Of a stretch of DNA of 43,026 nt, positions 1 to 10,466 are shown piece after piece. The DNA is taken from positions 1-43,026 of the forward strand of contig JAFWBN010000092.1 in assembly GCA_017507075.1 (NCBI GenBank). The letters are read 5' to 3'. The notes beneath the pieces are model-generated. The model had not been told where the DNA came from. It ran no database searches and saw nothing but the letters and a program-made list of their open reading frames with translations. Source of the stretch: Alistipes sp. Lineage in GTDB: Bacteria > Bacteroidota > Bacteroidia > Bacteroidales > Rikenellaceae. Each line of letters begins with the position of its first letter. Within the stretch, counting starts at the first letter, position 1. Both the position numbers and the translations under genes were made by a program.

Positions 1-500
1 ATTTTGAAAGTGACAGGAATGAACTGTATAATTTTATCCTCCGGATTCAACAATGCAATGGTATATACATACTCTTTACCTGTTGTAGCATTTTGTATCA
101 CAAGATTTAACTCTTCTTCTGGTAATACTTGCTTAATCGGGATTTCGTAAAATGTAACCTTATACATCAAATCGGATACCTCAATGTGCAGATGCTGCTC
201 GCTGTCTATCCAAACACCTATTTTGTCAGCCTCAAAGCGAAAATAACATAGCCACTCCCAAAAACAGCGAGGGATATAATGTATAGTCTTTACTGCCCAA
301 TCAAACTCCGACGGCTGCAAAGAGAGTGAGGCGAGATTCTTAAGCTCCTCTTTTAGTGCAACTACAAACTCTTCGCTATATTCGGTGTTGTTTCTGTCAT
401 GAAAAGTAAAAGTTCCCCAAGCATTGGGATAATGCACCTGATAGTAGTAGGACATTGAAAACTTATACAGGTCATTTTCAAGAATTGAGCTAATTACCAT
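1..500 (-). CDS. pncB: Nicotinate phosphoribosyltransferase N-terminal portion; runs off the window and similarity appears to break near nt 135
   Basis: Manual translation from the ATG at 500 gives MVISSILENDLYKFSMSYYYQVHYPNAWGTFTFHDRN...FRFEADKI...VTFYEIPI, with the PncB N-terminal DLYKF(S/T)M motif. Not in the ORF track because it has no stop inside the window. Confidence 0.8.
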   Translation of the reverse strand, partial: MVISSILENDLYKFSMSYYYQVHYPNAWGTFTFHDRNNTEYSEEFVVALKEELKNLASLSLQPSEFDWAVKTIHYIPRCFWEWLCYFRFEADKIGVWIDSEQHLHIEVSDLMYKVTFYEIPIKQVLPEEELNLVIQNATTGKEYVYTIALLNPEDKIIQFIPVTFK

Positions 501-528
501 AATTATACTTGCTTTAACTATTTTACCC

Positions 529-536
529 CAAAGTTA
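529..536 (-). promoter_or_regulatory. Bacteroidetes -7 element (TAACTTTG) for pncB
   Basis: Matches the TAnnTTTG consensus about 30 nt upstream of the ATG at 500. Confidence 0.55.
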
Positions 537-632
537 CACATTTTTTCGATACTGCGACAATGCAGAACGGAGAAAAACTAAACAATACTTAGCATGCAAC
601 TATGCGCCAAACACACTTTTTACTCAGAGAAT

Positions 633-664
633 TTTGCCAATCAGAAGAAAAATAGCTATATTTG
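633..664 (+). promoter_or_regulatory. Bacteroidetes primary-sigma promoter for the GH78 gene
   Basis: TTTG (633-636), a 20 nt spacer, then TATATTTG (657-664); supports the start at 705. Confidence 0.65.
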
Positions 665-704
665 GGTCAAATATGAAAATTTTAACCTAAAACTTACTAT
701 AACC

Positions 705-3293
705 ATGAAATTAAAAATCTCTTTTCTAAAAAGTGTTACGCTTGCAGTAGCACTATTGCTTGCAGCTGCTTGTTCTACTATTAGTGAGCGAGTTGGAGTG
801 CGTACAGAGGCTTTGGACGATGCTGCTTGGGAGGCCTCCAAGTGGATATCTGTTGTTGATGCGCCGGTTGTAACAGACAACAAATCAAGACGCGCAGCAG
901 ATGGTGCTAATTGGTTCTTAACAACAGTTAAAAATGAGCAAACAGTAACCTCTGCAAAGTGGATGACAACAGCTCTTGGTGTCTATGAGATATACATCAA
1001 TGGCAAACCTATCGGAGTAGAATACCTCAAACCTGGATTTACACATCGCGAGAAGACCAGACGCTCGTTTACATACGATATAACAGAGGCTTTTAATTGC
1101 TCTGCAAACGGCACAAACACCCTCTCAGCACAAGTTACTCCAGGTTGGTGGGCTGACTATATCATCACACCTTCTCGCTATAAGGGCATGTTTGGTAAAA
1201 AATGCGCCTTTAGAGGTGTGTTGGAGCTTACATTTGCTGATGGTTCGACAAAGCTGTATGGTACAGACTTGGAGAGTTGGAAGGCAGGTATTGCAGGACC
1301 TGTAAAACATGCGGCAATCTTTGATGGTGAGGAGTATGATGCTCGTGAGAAACTCGGATTTAATACTCCTGAGAAGCTCTCTGTGCCAGAAGAGAATCTT
1401 GAGTTTTCGGGCGTTATTTTGCCATCTGACGGTGCGGAAATATACCTTCGCCATGACCTTACACTCTCTCCTGCCCAGACCTATGTTTGGAAAGATGTTG
1501 AGGGTGCTACAGATAACGAGTATGGCAAGGTGGTTATTACTCGCACATACGATGCAGACAAAACTATAACCCTTAATGCCGGCGAGACTCTTGTAGTCGA
1601 TTTTGGTCAGAACTGCGCAGCCGTTCCACAGTTTGTCTTTAAGGCAAAAGAGGGTACTATGCTTACATGTCTGCCTGCAGAGATTCTAAATGACGGAAAT
1701 GGAGCGAAGAGCAGAGGTATGGATGGTCCTGAGGGTAGTGTTCACCGCACAAACCTCCGTACTCCTGATGTTGGTATGATGTTGAAATATACTTTTGGTA
1801 AAAAGTGTGGTTATGTTACATACCATCCTTGTTGCACCTTCTATGGCTATCGTTATATTTCTGTAACTGCCACAGATAAGGTTGTAATTAAGAGTATAAA
1901 GTCTATCCCTGTAACCTCAATTACCGAGAATATGGAAATCGGTACACTTGAGACCGGAAATGAGCTTATAAACAAACTTATCTCAAACACTTATTGGGGT
2001 CAGATTTCCAACTACCTCTCTGTTCCTACAGACTGCCCACAGCGAAACGAGCGTATGGGCTGGACTGCTGATACTCAGGTGTTTGCCGAGACAGGTTCTT
2101 TCTTTGCAGACACTCGTAGTTTCCTCCATAAGTGGATGCGTGATATGCGTGATAGTCAAAATGAACTCGGCGGTTATCCGGGCGTCGCTCCTATGGCACA
2201 TTATGGCACATCTTATATGCGCTTAGGTTGGGCAGATGCGGGCGTTATTGTTCCATGGATTATCTGGAAACAGTTTGCCGATACACAGATTATCGAGGAG
2301 CATTGGGACTCTATGAGCCTCTATATGAAACATGTGGATGAGACAAAATATGACCACGATACCCTTAAGAAGGAAAATGGCAATAGCCAATATGCCGATT
2401 GGTTGAGCTATGAGCCACTTGAGAGCCACAGCAAAAGCCAATATATCAAAGTTAATGGCAAGAGAAAACTCAATCCGGAGGCTGTAGGCTATTGGAACTT
2501 CCTCAGTGCTGCTTATTGGGCTATGGATGCTGCAATGATGGCAGATATGGCAGCAGCTACAGGTCGTGATGCTGCTCCATATTTGGAGATGAACAGCAGA
2601 GCAAAGAGCTATATCAAGTCTCAATTCCTCAATAGAGATGGCACATTTAAGACTAAAATACTCAACACTATGCAGACTCCTGCTCTCTTTGCCCTTAAGA
2701 CAGGTGTTGTTGAGGGCAAGGCTAAAGATGACATGATTGCTCGTCTGCGCCAAAACTTTAAGGAGCATGACAATTGCCTGCAGACAGGCTTCTTGGGAAC
2801 ATCTATACTTATGTCAACCCTTACCGAGAACGGTATGGCAGATATCGCCTATGAACTACTCTTCCAGCGCAAAAACCCAAGCTGGCTCTACTCTGTAGAT
2901 AATGGTGCAACAACAATCTGGGAGCGTTGGAATAGCTATACCCTTGAAAAAGGTATGGGTCCAAAGGGCATGAATAGTTTTAACCACTACGCTTATGGTT
3001 GCGTTTGTGAGTGGATATGGGAGTGCGCAGCAGGTATCTCTTCAGTCGTTGAGCAACCAGGATTTAAGCATATCGCTATGGCCCCTATCCCTGATAAGCG
3101 TTTAGGCTATATCAAGGCTGAATATAATTCGGCTGCAGGCCTTATTAAGAGTGCATGGAGATATGAGGGCGACAAGTGGATTTGGGAGTTTACGATTCCT
3201 GAGGGTGCTACCGCAAGCGTAACTATCCCTGGAGAGGATAAACCAGAGCTTTACCAGAGCGGAACTTATACCATTGCCCGCGCAGGTTTGTAA
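705..3293 (+). CDS. Alpha-L-rhamnosidase (GH78), lipoprotein
   Basis: Lipobox LAAAC; TALGVYEIYING, DFGQN, PTDCPQRNERMGWTAD, GATTIWERW and MNSFNHY motifs. Start moved from 594 to the ATG at 705 (MKLKISF) because of the promoter and signal peptide. Confidence 0.93.
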   Translation: MKLKISFLKSVTLAVALLLAAACSTISERVGVRTEALDDAAWEASKWISVVDAPVVTDNKSRRAADGANWFLTTVKNEQTVTSAKWMTTALGVYEIYINGKPIGVEYLKPGFTHREKTRRSFTYDITEAFNCSANGTNTLSAQVTPGWWADYIITPSRYKGMFGKKCAFRGVLELTFADGSTKLYGTDLESWKAGIAGPVKHAAIFDGEEYDAREKLGFNTPEKLSVPEENLEFSGVILPSDGAEIYLRHDLTLSPAQTYVWKDVEGATDNEYGKVVITRTYDADKTITLNAGETLVVDFGQNCAAVPQFVFKAKEGTMLTCLPAEILNDGNGAKSRGMDGPEGSVHRTNLRTPDVGMMLKYTFGKKCGYVTYHPCCTFYGYRYISVTATDKVVIKSIKSIPVTSITENMEIGTLETGNELINKLISNTYWGQISNYLSVPTDCPQRNERMGWTADTQVFAETGSFFADTRSFLHKWMRDMRDSQNELGGYPGVAPMAHYGTSYMRLGWADAGVIVPWIIWKQFADTQIIEEHWDSMSLYMKHVDETKYDHDTLKKENGNSQYADWLSYEPLESHSKSQYIKVNGKRKLNPEAVGYWNFLSAAYWAMDAAMMADMAAATGRDAAPYLEMNSRAKSYIKSQFLNRDGTFKTKILNTMQTPALFALKTGVVEGKAKDDMIARLRQNFKEHDNCLQTGFLGTSILMSTLTENGMADIAYELLFQRKNPSWLYSVDNGATTIWERWNSYTLEKGMGPKGMNSFNHYAYGCVCEWIWECAAGISSVVEQPGFKHIAMAPIPDKRLGYIKAEYNSAAGLIKSAWRYEGDKWIWEFTIPEGATASVTIPGEDKPELYQSGTYTIARAGL

Positions 3294-3353
3294 GGTTATG
3301 AGCCGCAAAAAGACAAAGGTCTTTAAGGTAATGACACTTTTTAGTTGTTAAAT

Positions 3354-3391
3354 ATGGGCGAGAAACAGAGTTTTTCTCGCCCTATTTTTTT
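3354..3391 (+). terminator. Rho-independent terminator
   Basis: GGGCGAGAAA / TTTCTCGCCC stem followed by a T-tract. Confidence 0.8.
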
Positions 3392-3791
3392 CCTGATCGC
3401 TTTGCAGAAGAAGATGCCTCTTAACACAATCTTTGAAAAACTTGTCAAACACTCCGCAATACAACTGCATATTATCTTTTAGGTGCTCAAAAATGGCCCT
3501 ATTGAGTCTGATGTTAGGGGTATTTGGCTATCTTGTGTAATGTAATTAAACATATTCGGTATAACTCACATCCGTAATTGAATTTCTCTACTGTTTCTTA
3601 ATTAGCCAGCCGGATATATTAAAATTAGGGTGGAAAGCGGTGTAAAAATAGGTGAAATATTATTAAGAATTTGGATGTTGTAATAATTTTGTTTATATTC
3701 GCAGAGGAAAAATGTAAAAAAATAAAAACGACATTAGATGTTAGATAAAAAATACTAAAACCTATTTACTAAACACTAAAATTTATAACCC

Positions 3792-6700
3792 ATGAAAAAA
3801 CTGCTACATTTTGCAGCAAGACAACTTCTGTTGCTACTTGCTTGTTGTTACAGTTTGTCCGTCTTCGCACAGAAAGTATCTGTACAAGGTACCGTTGTTG
3901 ATGAAAATGGTACTCCAATGATTGGTGCTTCTGTTGTTGTTATGAGCGGCGAGAAGATCCTGGGGGGGGGAACTACGACAGACCTTTCAGGTTCATTTTC
4001 AATTTCGGCTGAGCCGGGTCAGTCTCTCGATATCTCATTTATGGGATATAAAAATGAGAGAGTAGCCATCATAGCTCAGAAAACCGTTTATAAAGTTCAG
4101 CTTAAGGTTGATAGCCAGGCTGTAGAGGAGGTGGTAGTTGTCGGTTATGGTACAGAGAAGAAGGTAAACCTAACCGGTTCTGTGTCTTCAGTATCTACCG
4201 AAGAGTTTACATCTCGTCCAATCACTCAGTTGTCAACCGCACTTCAAGGTATTGCTCCAGGTGTTACCGTTACTACTGCAGGAGGAGCTCCGGGTGCAGA
4301 TACCGGTAACATTCAGATTCGTGGTATCGGTTCATTCGGTGGTTCAGACTGTTCTCCACTCATCCTTATTGACGGTGTTGAGGGCGATATGAACTCTGTT
4401 GATGCCTCTCAAATTGACCAGATTACAGTGCTTAAGGATGCTGCATCTGCAGCTATCTACGGTTCGCGTGCTGCAAATGGTGTAATTCTGATTACCACAA
4501 AGCGTGCAGGTAAAGATAAGTTTGGTGTAACTTATCGTGGCTATGTTGGTTGGCAGCAACCTGTAGTTTATCCAGATGTTGTTGGTCCAGAGGAGTTTAT
4601 GACTCTTCAGAGTATTGCTGAGGCAAATGACGGTCTGACACAATTGACTTACTCTCCTGAGTATATTGCAGCCTATCGCAAGAATAACTTCCTTGACCCA
4701 GATGCATATCCGATTATCGATTGGCAGAAGCGTCTGATGACAGGTAACGGCTTTACTCATAGCCATATTGTTACTATGAGTGCAGGCACAGATCGTATTC
4801 GCAATATGTCATCATTTGGTTATCTTGACCAAAATGGTATCATTAAGAATGCATCGTTCCGTCGCTTTAATCTTCGCAACAATCTTGATGTTCAGCTTCA
4901 TAAGAAACTTAAGCTGAGTTTTGATATTGCAGGAACATATTCTAACCGAGAAATCAACCCATATCAGGGAGGTATCTTCTCATTTATGAACGCAAAGGAC
5001 CCTGTTATGCTTGCACAGTGGTCTGATGGCAGTTATGCACCATTTACCGGTGGTACTACAAATCCACTGCCAATGATTGAGCAGAATGTTGGCGGTAATC
5101 GTCATTACCAGAAACTCAACCTCAAGACCTCTATCGTTTTGGAGTATAAGCCTGTAAAGTGGCTCACCCTTGAGGCTAAAGTTGCTCCACAACTTGTTGC
5201 AGCAAAGAACCACCTATTTAAGGATATGGTAGAGTATCACTCAGACCCGTATGGTTCAATCTCTCCTATCTCAAATGTTGAGTTTAACTCTCTTGAAGAG
5301 AGTATCTCCACTACATTTAATGGCTACTATCACGGTATTCTCACCGCAGCACACAATTTTGGTAAGCACCACTTGAAGTTCCTTGCTGGTGTATCTTACG
5401 AAAACTATGAGTATGCGAGTCTGAGCGCATATCGTCAGGACTTCTCTTATCCACAGTATGATGTTATCGACGCAGGTGGTAAGAATGAGTTTAAGGATAA
5501 TGGCGGTAGCCGTTCACAAGTTGCTCTTGCGTCAATTTTTGGTCGTCTTAATTATAACTACGACAACCGCTATCTGTTCGAGGCAAACCTTCGTTATGAT
5601 GGCTCTTCTCGTTTTGCAAAGAAGAATCGTTGGGGCTTGTTCCCATCATTCTCTGCTGCATGGCGTCTTTCAGAGGAGGCATTTATGGATAGCACTCGTG
5701 ATGTGGTTACAGAGGCAAAAATTCGTGCATCTTACGGTACTTTGGGTAACCAGAATATCGGTAGCGATTATCCTACGGCACAGATGCTTACTATCTCTTC
5801 TATCGCAGCAGCTGGTAAGATTTATCCTATTGTTGCACAGCAGTCTCTTGCAAATAAGGACATCACTTGGGAGACTACCTATATGGCTGATATCGGTATT
5901 GACTTTACTTTGTGGGAGAAGTTTACTATTACAGCTGACTACTACTACAAGAAGACTGACGGTATCCTTATGAAACTTGATATTCCATCAACAATCGGTC
6001 TTAATGCACCTTATCAGAATGCAGGTGTTGTAACAAATAACGGTTGGGAGGTAGCTTTGGGCTACAATAATCGTTGGGGAGATTGGTCATTTGGTGTACA
6101 AGCAAACCTCTCTGATGTAATCAATGAGATTGTTGATATGAAGGGAACTTATGGCACAAGTGGCGTTATCCGTAACCAGGAGGGCTCATCAATCAACTCA
6201 CTCTACCTTCTTAAGAGTCTTGGTTTTGTTCAGACACAGGAGCAGGCTGACTGGGTAAATGCAAACTGCCCACAGTATGGTCAGATTACTAAGCCTGGAG
6301 ATCTTATTTATGAGGACTACAACAAGGATAATAAAATTGATGATACAGATAAACAGATTGTAGGTTCGCTTATTCCTCGTTATACTTACGGTCTTACCCT
6401 CAATATAGGTTGGAAGGGTATCAACCTAAGTGCGCAATTCCAGGGTGTAGGTATGGCGGATGCCTATATCAGCGGTGCATACACTCAGCCATGTGTTAGC
6501 GGTGGTACATTCCAAAAGAGCCATCTCGACAATTGGTCGCCAGAGAATAGAGACGCAAAGTATCCTCGTCTTTCATATCAATCTGACCTCAATAAGAAGG
6601 TATCTACATTCTGGATGGCAAACGGAGCATACTGCCGTCTGAAGAACCTCCAGCTCAGCTATACCTTCCCTAAGAAGATTGTTAAGGCTATGAAGATTAA

Positions 6701-6875
6701 GGGTCTTATGGTATATGCAAATGCTACCAACCTCTTCACAATCAGCGATTACTACGATGGTTATGATCCTGAGACAGCTTATCAGAGTGGTTCACAGGGC
6801 GCAACAACCGGATCTATCGGTAACAACTATCCTCTTTGTAGCACTTATACATTTGGTGCAGAGATTAAATTCTAA
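3792..6875 (+). CDS. SusC/RagA-family TonB-dependent transporter
   Basis: VVVVGYG, LKDAASAAIYGSRAANGVILITTK, RYDGSSRF, FPSFSAAWRLSEE and LKNLQLSYT motifs; C-terminal Phe. Confidence 0.97.
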   Translation: MKKLLHFAARQLLLLLACCYSLSVFAQKVSVQGTVVDENGTPMIGASVVVMSGEKILGGGTTTDLSGSFSISAEPGQSLDISFMGYKNERVAIIAQKTVYKVQLKVDSQAVEEVVVVGYGTEKKVNLTGSVSSVSTEEFTSRPITQLSTALQGIAPGVTVTTAGGAPGADTGNIQIRGIGSFGGSDCSPLILIDGVEGDMNSVDASQIDQITVLKDAASAAIYGSRAANGVILITTKRAGKDKFGVTYRGYVGWQQPVVYPDVVGPEEFMTLQSIAEANDGLTQLTYSPEYIAAYRKNNFLDPDAYPIIDWQKRLMTGNGFTHSHIVTMSAGTDRIRNMSSFGYLDQNGIIKNASFRRFNLRNNLDVQLHKKLKLSFDIAGTYSNREINPYQGGIFSFMNAKDPVMLAQWSDGSYAPFTGGTTNPLPMIEQNVGGNRHYQKLNLKTSIVLEYKPVKWLTLEAKVAPQLVAAKNHLFKDMVEYHSDPYGSISPISNVEFNSLEESISTTFNGYYHGILTAAHNFGKHHLKFLAGVSYENYEYASLSAYRQDFSYPQYDVIDAGGKNEFKDNGGSRSQVALASIFGRLNYNYDNRYLFEANLRYDGSSRFAKKNRWGLFPSFSAAWRLSEEAFMDSTRDVVTEAKIRASYGTLGNQNIGSDYPTAQMLTISSIAAAGKIYPIVAQQSLANKDITWETTYMADIGIDFTLWEKFTITADYYYKKTDGILMKLDIPSTIGLNAPYQNAGVVTNNGWEVALGYNNRWGDWSFGVQANLSDVINEIVDMKGTYGTSGVIRNQEGSSINSLYLLKSLGFVQTQEQADWVNANCPQYGQITKPGDLIYEDYNKDNKIDDTDKQIVGSLIPRYTYGLTLNIGWKGINLSAQFQGVGMADAYISGAYTQPCVSGGTFQKSHLDNWSPENRDAKYPRLSYQSDLNKKVSTFWMANGAYCRLKNLQLSYTFPKKIVKAMKIKGLMVYANATNLFTISDYYDGYDPETAYQSGSQGATTGSIGNNYPLCSTYTFGAEIKF

Positions 6876-6889
6876 AAGATATTGCGATT

Positions 6890-8680
6890 ATGAAAAAGTA
6901 TATATTATCAATTCTGTCAGTGGTTTTGTTGGGCAGCTGCACACTTGACCGAGAGCCACTTACGGGTCCTTCAACAGGTACTTTTCCTGCAAGTGCCGAG
7001 GAGGCAGAGGCTGGTCTGCTTGCCGCATACAAGAGCCTTGCAAACGATGTACACCAATATAATCCGGCAGACCGTTGGTTTGATGCATTGACAGACATCT
7101 CAGCAATGCGTACAACACTCTCAAAGTGGCCAGATTTCAGACTCTCTATTATTACATCAAGCTACTCTCACATTGAGGATACTTACGCTCGTATCTACAA
7201 AGGTCTGGGTCGTATCCATCTGGTGCTTGATAACCTTGACAACCTCCGTGGCGTTGTATCAGAGGAGCAATACCACCAATTCAAGGCTGAACTTCTTTGC
7301 CTTCGTGCATATCAGTATGACAAGGCTTGTAAGTTCTTTGGCGATGTTCCTTGGGTTGACCACTGCCTGACTCTTGACGACTATGCTTATGCTCGTACTC
7401 CAAAGTCAGAGGTTATTGCTAATATCCTCAGTGATATGGATGATGAGCTTCTTAACCATCTCCCGATTGCTTGGGATAAGGCTACTTGGGGTACTTGTCG
7501 TATTGGTCGTGTTGCTGCATATACTCTTAAAGCGCGTATCTGCCTTGAGTGGGGTTTCTATGCTGATGCAGCAAAGTATTCAAAGATTGCTCTTGACTTG
7601 GCAGCCGGTGTTTATGACCTTACACCTTTGGATTGTACATACTATGCAACACATGCTGACGGCGAGCCAGATCCAACACCTCTCTTTGGCTATGATGCAG
7701 AGAAAAACTCTGTCGAGTGGATTTGGGCTATTCAATTTGACCGTCTTGCAGCAAGCAATGTACACCATGGCGTATATACCTTTGCTTCGCGCGTACACAA
7801 TGGTGCTGCAGGTGCAGGTCCTTCACAAGCTCTAATGGATACCTTCCAATGTACCGACGGAAAGTCTATCGTAGAGTCTCCTCTCTACGATTGGCAGAAC
7901 CCTTGGAAGAATCGAGATCCTCGTCTTGACCTCTACTGCCTGCGTTCTGGTAGCCGCTCACTTGGAGTTCAGTTCTCTATTGACCCAGCTGATAAGACTG
8001 TATTTGACTATAATATTGAGAAAGCTGTTCCTAATGGAGATGTAACCGGAAACAAGAGCGAGTATGGTCCTAATGGCACAAAGGGTCCTGGTGGTTACTT
8101 GTGGCGTAAGCACTTAGATCCTGTATATTATGCAAGTATTCCTGGAAAGGAGTATGAGGATGAGTTGGATGTGCCTATTATGCGTCTTGCAGAGCTTCTT
8201 CTCATCGATGCTGAGGCAAATATCGAGATGGAGAGTGGAGACCTTACTCGTGCAAAGGCTAACATTGACCGAGTTCGTGCTCGCGTAAATATGCCGCCAG
8301 TAACTGCAACAGACCGCGAAGGTCTTCGTTCTGCACTTCGCTATGAGCGTAAGGTTGAGCTTTGTTGCGAGGGCTTCCGTTGGTTTGATCTTCGCCGTTG
8401 GACAGGTGCAGATGGTAAGATACTCGCCGTAAAGGCTCTCAATGGCGACCAATATGCTCCAGCCTTTGGTAAGACAACAAGTAACGCTAAGCCAATTATT
8501 GACGCTGACTGGATTGTAACATACGATCCAAACCAGACATTTGACGGCGCAAAATGTAACGCTCGCGTTCACACTACATTTAAGTTTGTAGAGGGTAAAG
8601 ATGAGCTTTGGCCATTCCCATACAGCGAGATGATTACTAATCCTCTTATCGGTGAGGGTAATAACAATCCAGGTTACTAA
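6890..8680 (+). CDS. SusD/RagB-family lipoprotein
   Basis: Lipobox LLGSC; FGDVP, RDPRL, MRLAELLL, ERKVELCCEGFRWFDLRRW and terminal NPGY motifs; adjacent to SusC. Confidence 0.96.
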   Translation: MKKYILSILSVVLLGSCTLDREPLTGPSTGTFPASAEEAEAGLLAAYKSLANDVHQYNPADRWFDALTDISAMRTTLSKWPDFRLSIITSSYSHIEDTYARIYKGLGRIHLVLDNLDNLRGVVSEEQYHQFKAELLCLRAYQYDKACKFFGDVPWVDHCLTLDDYAYARTPKSEVIANILSDMDDELLNHLPIAWDKATWGTCRIGRVAAYTLKARICLEWGFYADAAKYSKIALDLAAGVYDLTPLDCTYYATHADGEPDPTPLFGYDAEKNSVEWIWAIQFDRLAASNVHHGVYTFASRVHNGAAGAGPSQALMDTFQCTDGKSIVESPLYDWQNPWKNRDPRLDLYCLRSGSRSLGVQFSIDPADKTVFDYNIEKAVPNGDVTGNKSEYGPNGTKGPGGYLWRKHLDPVYYASIPGKEYEDELDVPIMRLAELLLIDAEANIEMESGDLTRAKANIDRVRARVNMPPVTATDREGLRSALRYERKVELCCEGFRWFDLRRWTGADGKILAVKALNGDQYAPAFGKTTSNAKPIIDADWIVTYDPNQTFDGAKCNARVHTTFKFVEGKDELWPFPYSEMITNPLIGEGNNNPGY

Positions 8681-8701
8681 ACCGCTAAAAAATATAAAGA
8701 T

Positions 8702-10447
8702 ATGAAAAAGATATTCAAATATTTGTGCTACTGTCTGCCTGCAATTGCACTGACAGTGGGTTGTACACAGGATGATAGCATCTCTGAGTTCCAGCCAGAT
8801 ACAAATAAGACAGGTAATGTAACCTTGTTGGCATCTATTGAGAATGCCGATAGCCGCGCATCTGTTGTAGCTACCGGTGAGACCCGCTGGCAAGCAAATG
8901 ATGCTATTAAGGTTGTTTGTAATGACGGTTCTGTAGCTGTATTCAATATTGATGGCACAGGCGAGACTCGTCGCGCACTATTTACCGGCACTTTGGAGGG
9001 TAAGTCTATAGGTGAGTATGCTCTTTATCCTACATCTGTAGAACTTTCAGGTGATAATATCTCAGTTACTCTTCCATCTGAGATTGCACCATCTCCTACA
9101 GGTACTTGCGCATTTATGGCAGGTGTGATTAACGAAAAGAACGAGGTTGAGTTCAAACAGCTTACAGCTTATGTAACTGTACAGATGAATAAGCTCGCAC
9201 CAGAGACAGGTTCTATTGTATTCAGTTCTGACAAAAACCTCTCTGGCCTCCACTCTGTAACTCTACCTGATGGTATGACTGCTGGTGCAGCTGCTACGGA
9301 TGGTGATGCTACAGTAACAATCTCATTTGCAGAGTCAGCTCCAACTATGGTAAATGCATTTTTTGCACTTCCTGTTGGTAACTATGCACACCTTACCGCT
9401 ACTGCATATAATAAAGAAGGTAAGAAGATTAGTGAGGTTGTCCTCGGAACACTTATCGCAGCTTCACGCGGTCTGCTTCTCGACTATCAAATTGAGATGC
9501 CTGTTATGGTTCCATCAAAGCCAGCTCCAATCGAGGGTACTGTAAATGTTGCAGGTATCTATTGGGCTCTTGGTAACCTTCAGTATCAAAAGGGAGGTGC
9601 TGCAGATGCAGGTTTTGCTGAGGGTTGGCGTATTGCTCCAAGTCAGGAGTATTTCTTCCACAGCGAGACTACAAAGTCTGGTGATATCAAGAATCTTACA
9701 AACTACGACATTTGCGATCACTTCAACTATGGTGGTATTGCCGATCCATTTGATGCCGCAGCAGAGGTCTCTGCCGTAGTTACTGACCCTACATTTAATA
9801 TGAGTGGTAAACTCTTTACAGACCAGGCTTGTACTGCAGCTACAACCGATTTTGCAGCTGCTAAGTTTGGAGACATCGCTTATTGGGCAACAAATCGTAA
9901 ATTCCGTATGCCTACACGCGAGGAGTTTGAGGCTCTGGAGGCAAAGGCTTCTGCACAGCTTGGTACTTATAATGGCATAAAGGGTGTTCTCTTCTTTGAT
10001 CCAGAGTTTGGAGAGGATCCTGTAAAGAGCCTTGATACAGAGGTTGAGTTTACTGCAGAGCAGATGGCAACAGGTCTGTTCTTACCATACGCAGGTCGTG
10101 GTTATAACCGCACAGACAATGGTACACAGTGGAATATCTACAAACTTGGTAGCCAGGGTTGCTATCGTGGTGGCGATATCTACATTGGTGATGGCGCAGA
10201 TCAGCCTTGCTATGGTCTTATCTATGCAGTACAAAATACCGGAGGCGATAATGCTGTACCTTATTGGAATAAGGCGTTTGATGCAAAGGGTCGTTACTCA
10301 ATCCGTCCTGTATATACAGGCGAGGTTGGTGGTATCCCAACACCAACACCAACACCTGGCGTTACGCCAAAACCGGTAGATGGTGATTGGGGAGGTAATA
10401 CTCCAGGTGGTAATATTGATGAAAATCCTTATAATGGAGAGTTATAA
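8702..10447 (+). CDS. Fimbrillin (type V pilin)-like lipoprotein with a FISUMP/C-type-lectin-like domain and a Pro-rich linker plus acidic C-terminal tail
   Basis: Lipobox TVGC, DSR-A candidate processing site, WQANDAI and YALYP in the N-domain; WALGNL...RMPTREEF...FLPYAG...SIRPV in the C-domain; PTPTPTP linker. Confidence 0.7.
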   Translation: MKKIFKYLCYCLPAIALTVGCTQDDSISEFQPDTNKTGNVTLLASIENADSRASVVATGETRWQANDAIKVVCNDGSVAVFNIDGTGETRRALFTGTLEGKSIGEYALYPTSVELSGDNISVTLPSEIAPSPTGTCAFMAGVINEKNEVEFKQLTAYVTVQMNKLAPETGSIVFSSDKNLSGLHSVTLPDGMTAGAAATDGDATVTISFAESAPTMVNAFFALPVGNYAHLTATAYNKEGKKISEVVLGTLIAASRGLLLDYQIEMPVMVPSKPAPIEGTVNVAGIYWALGNLQYQKGGAADAGFAEGWRIAPSQEYFFHSETTKSGDIKNLTNYDICDHFNYGGIADPFDAAAEVSAVVTDPTFNMSGKLFTDQACTAATTDFAAAKFGDIAYWATNRKFRMPTREEFEALEAKASAQLGTYNGIKGVLFFDPEFGEDPVKSLDTEVEFTAEQMATGLFLPYAGRGYNRTDNGTQWNIYKLGSQGCYRGGDIYIGDGADQPCYGLIYAVQNTGGDNAVPYWNKAFDAKGRYSIRPVYTGEVGGIPTPTPTPGVTPKPVDGDWGGNTPGGNIDENPYNGEL

Positions 10448-10466
10448 ACCTAAAACAGCTATAATC

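Noticed and set aside
594-704. N-terminal extensions in the ORF track (GH78 at 594; also 27147, 36384, 40392, 41977, 42989)
   Set aside because: Downstream ATGs give proper signal peptides or family N-termini, and several extensions overlap promoter elements, terminators or the upstream small ORF.
8114-8893. Long antisense or alternative-frame ORFs (e.g. 259 aa at 8114, 223 aa at 13870, 258 aa at 25493)
   Set aside because: They are shadows of well-supported genes and have no recognisable motifs.
10380-10466. 76 aa version of the small ORF in the track
   Set aside because: It overlaps the 8702 gene; the ATG at 10467 has an AT-rich leader and aligns with the other two family members.
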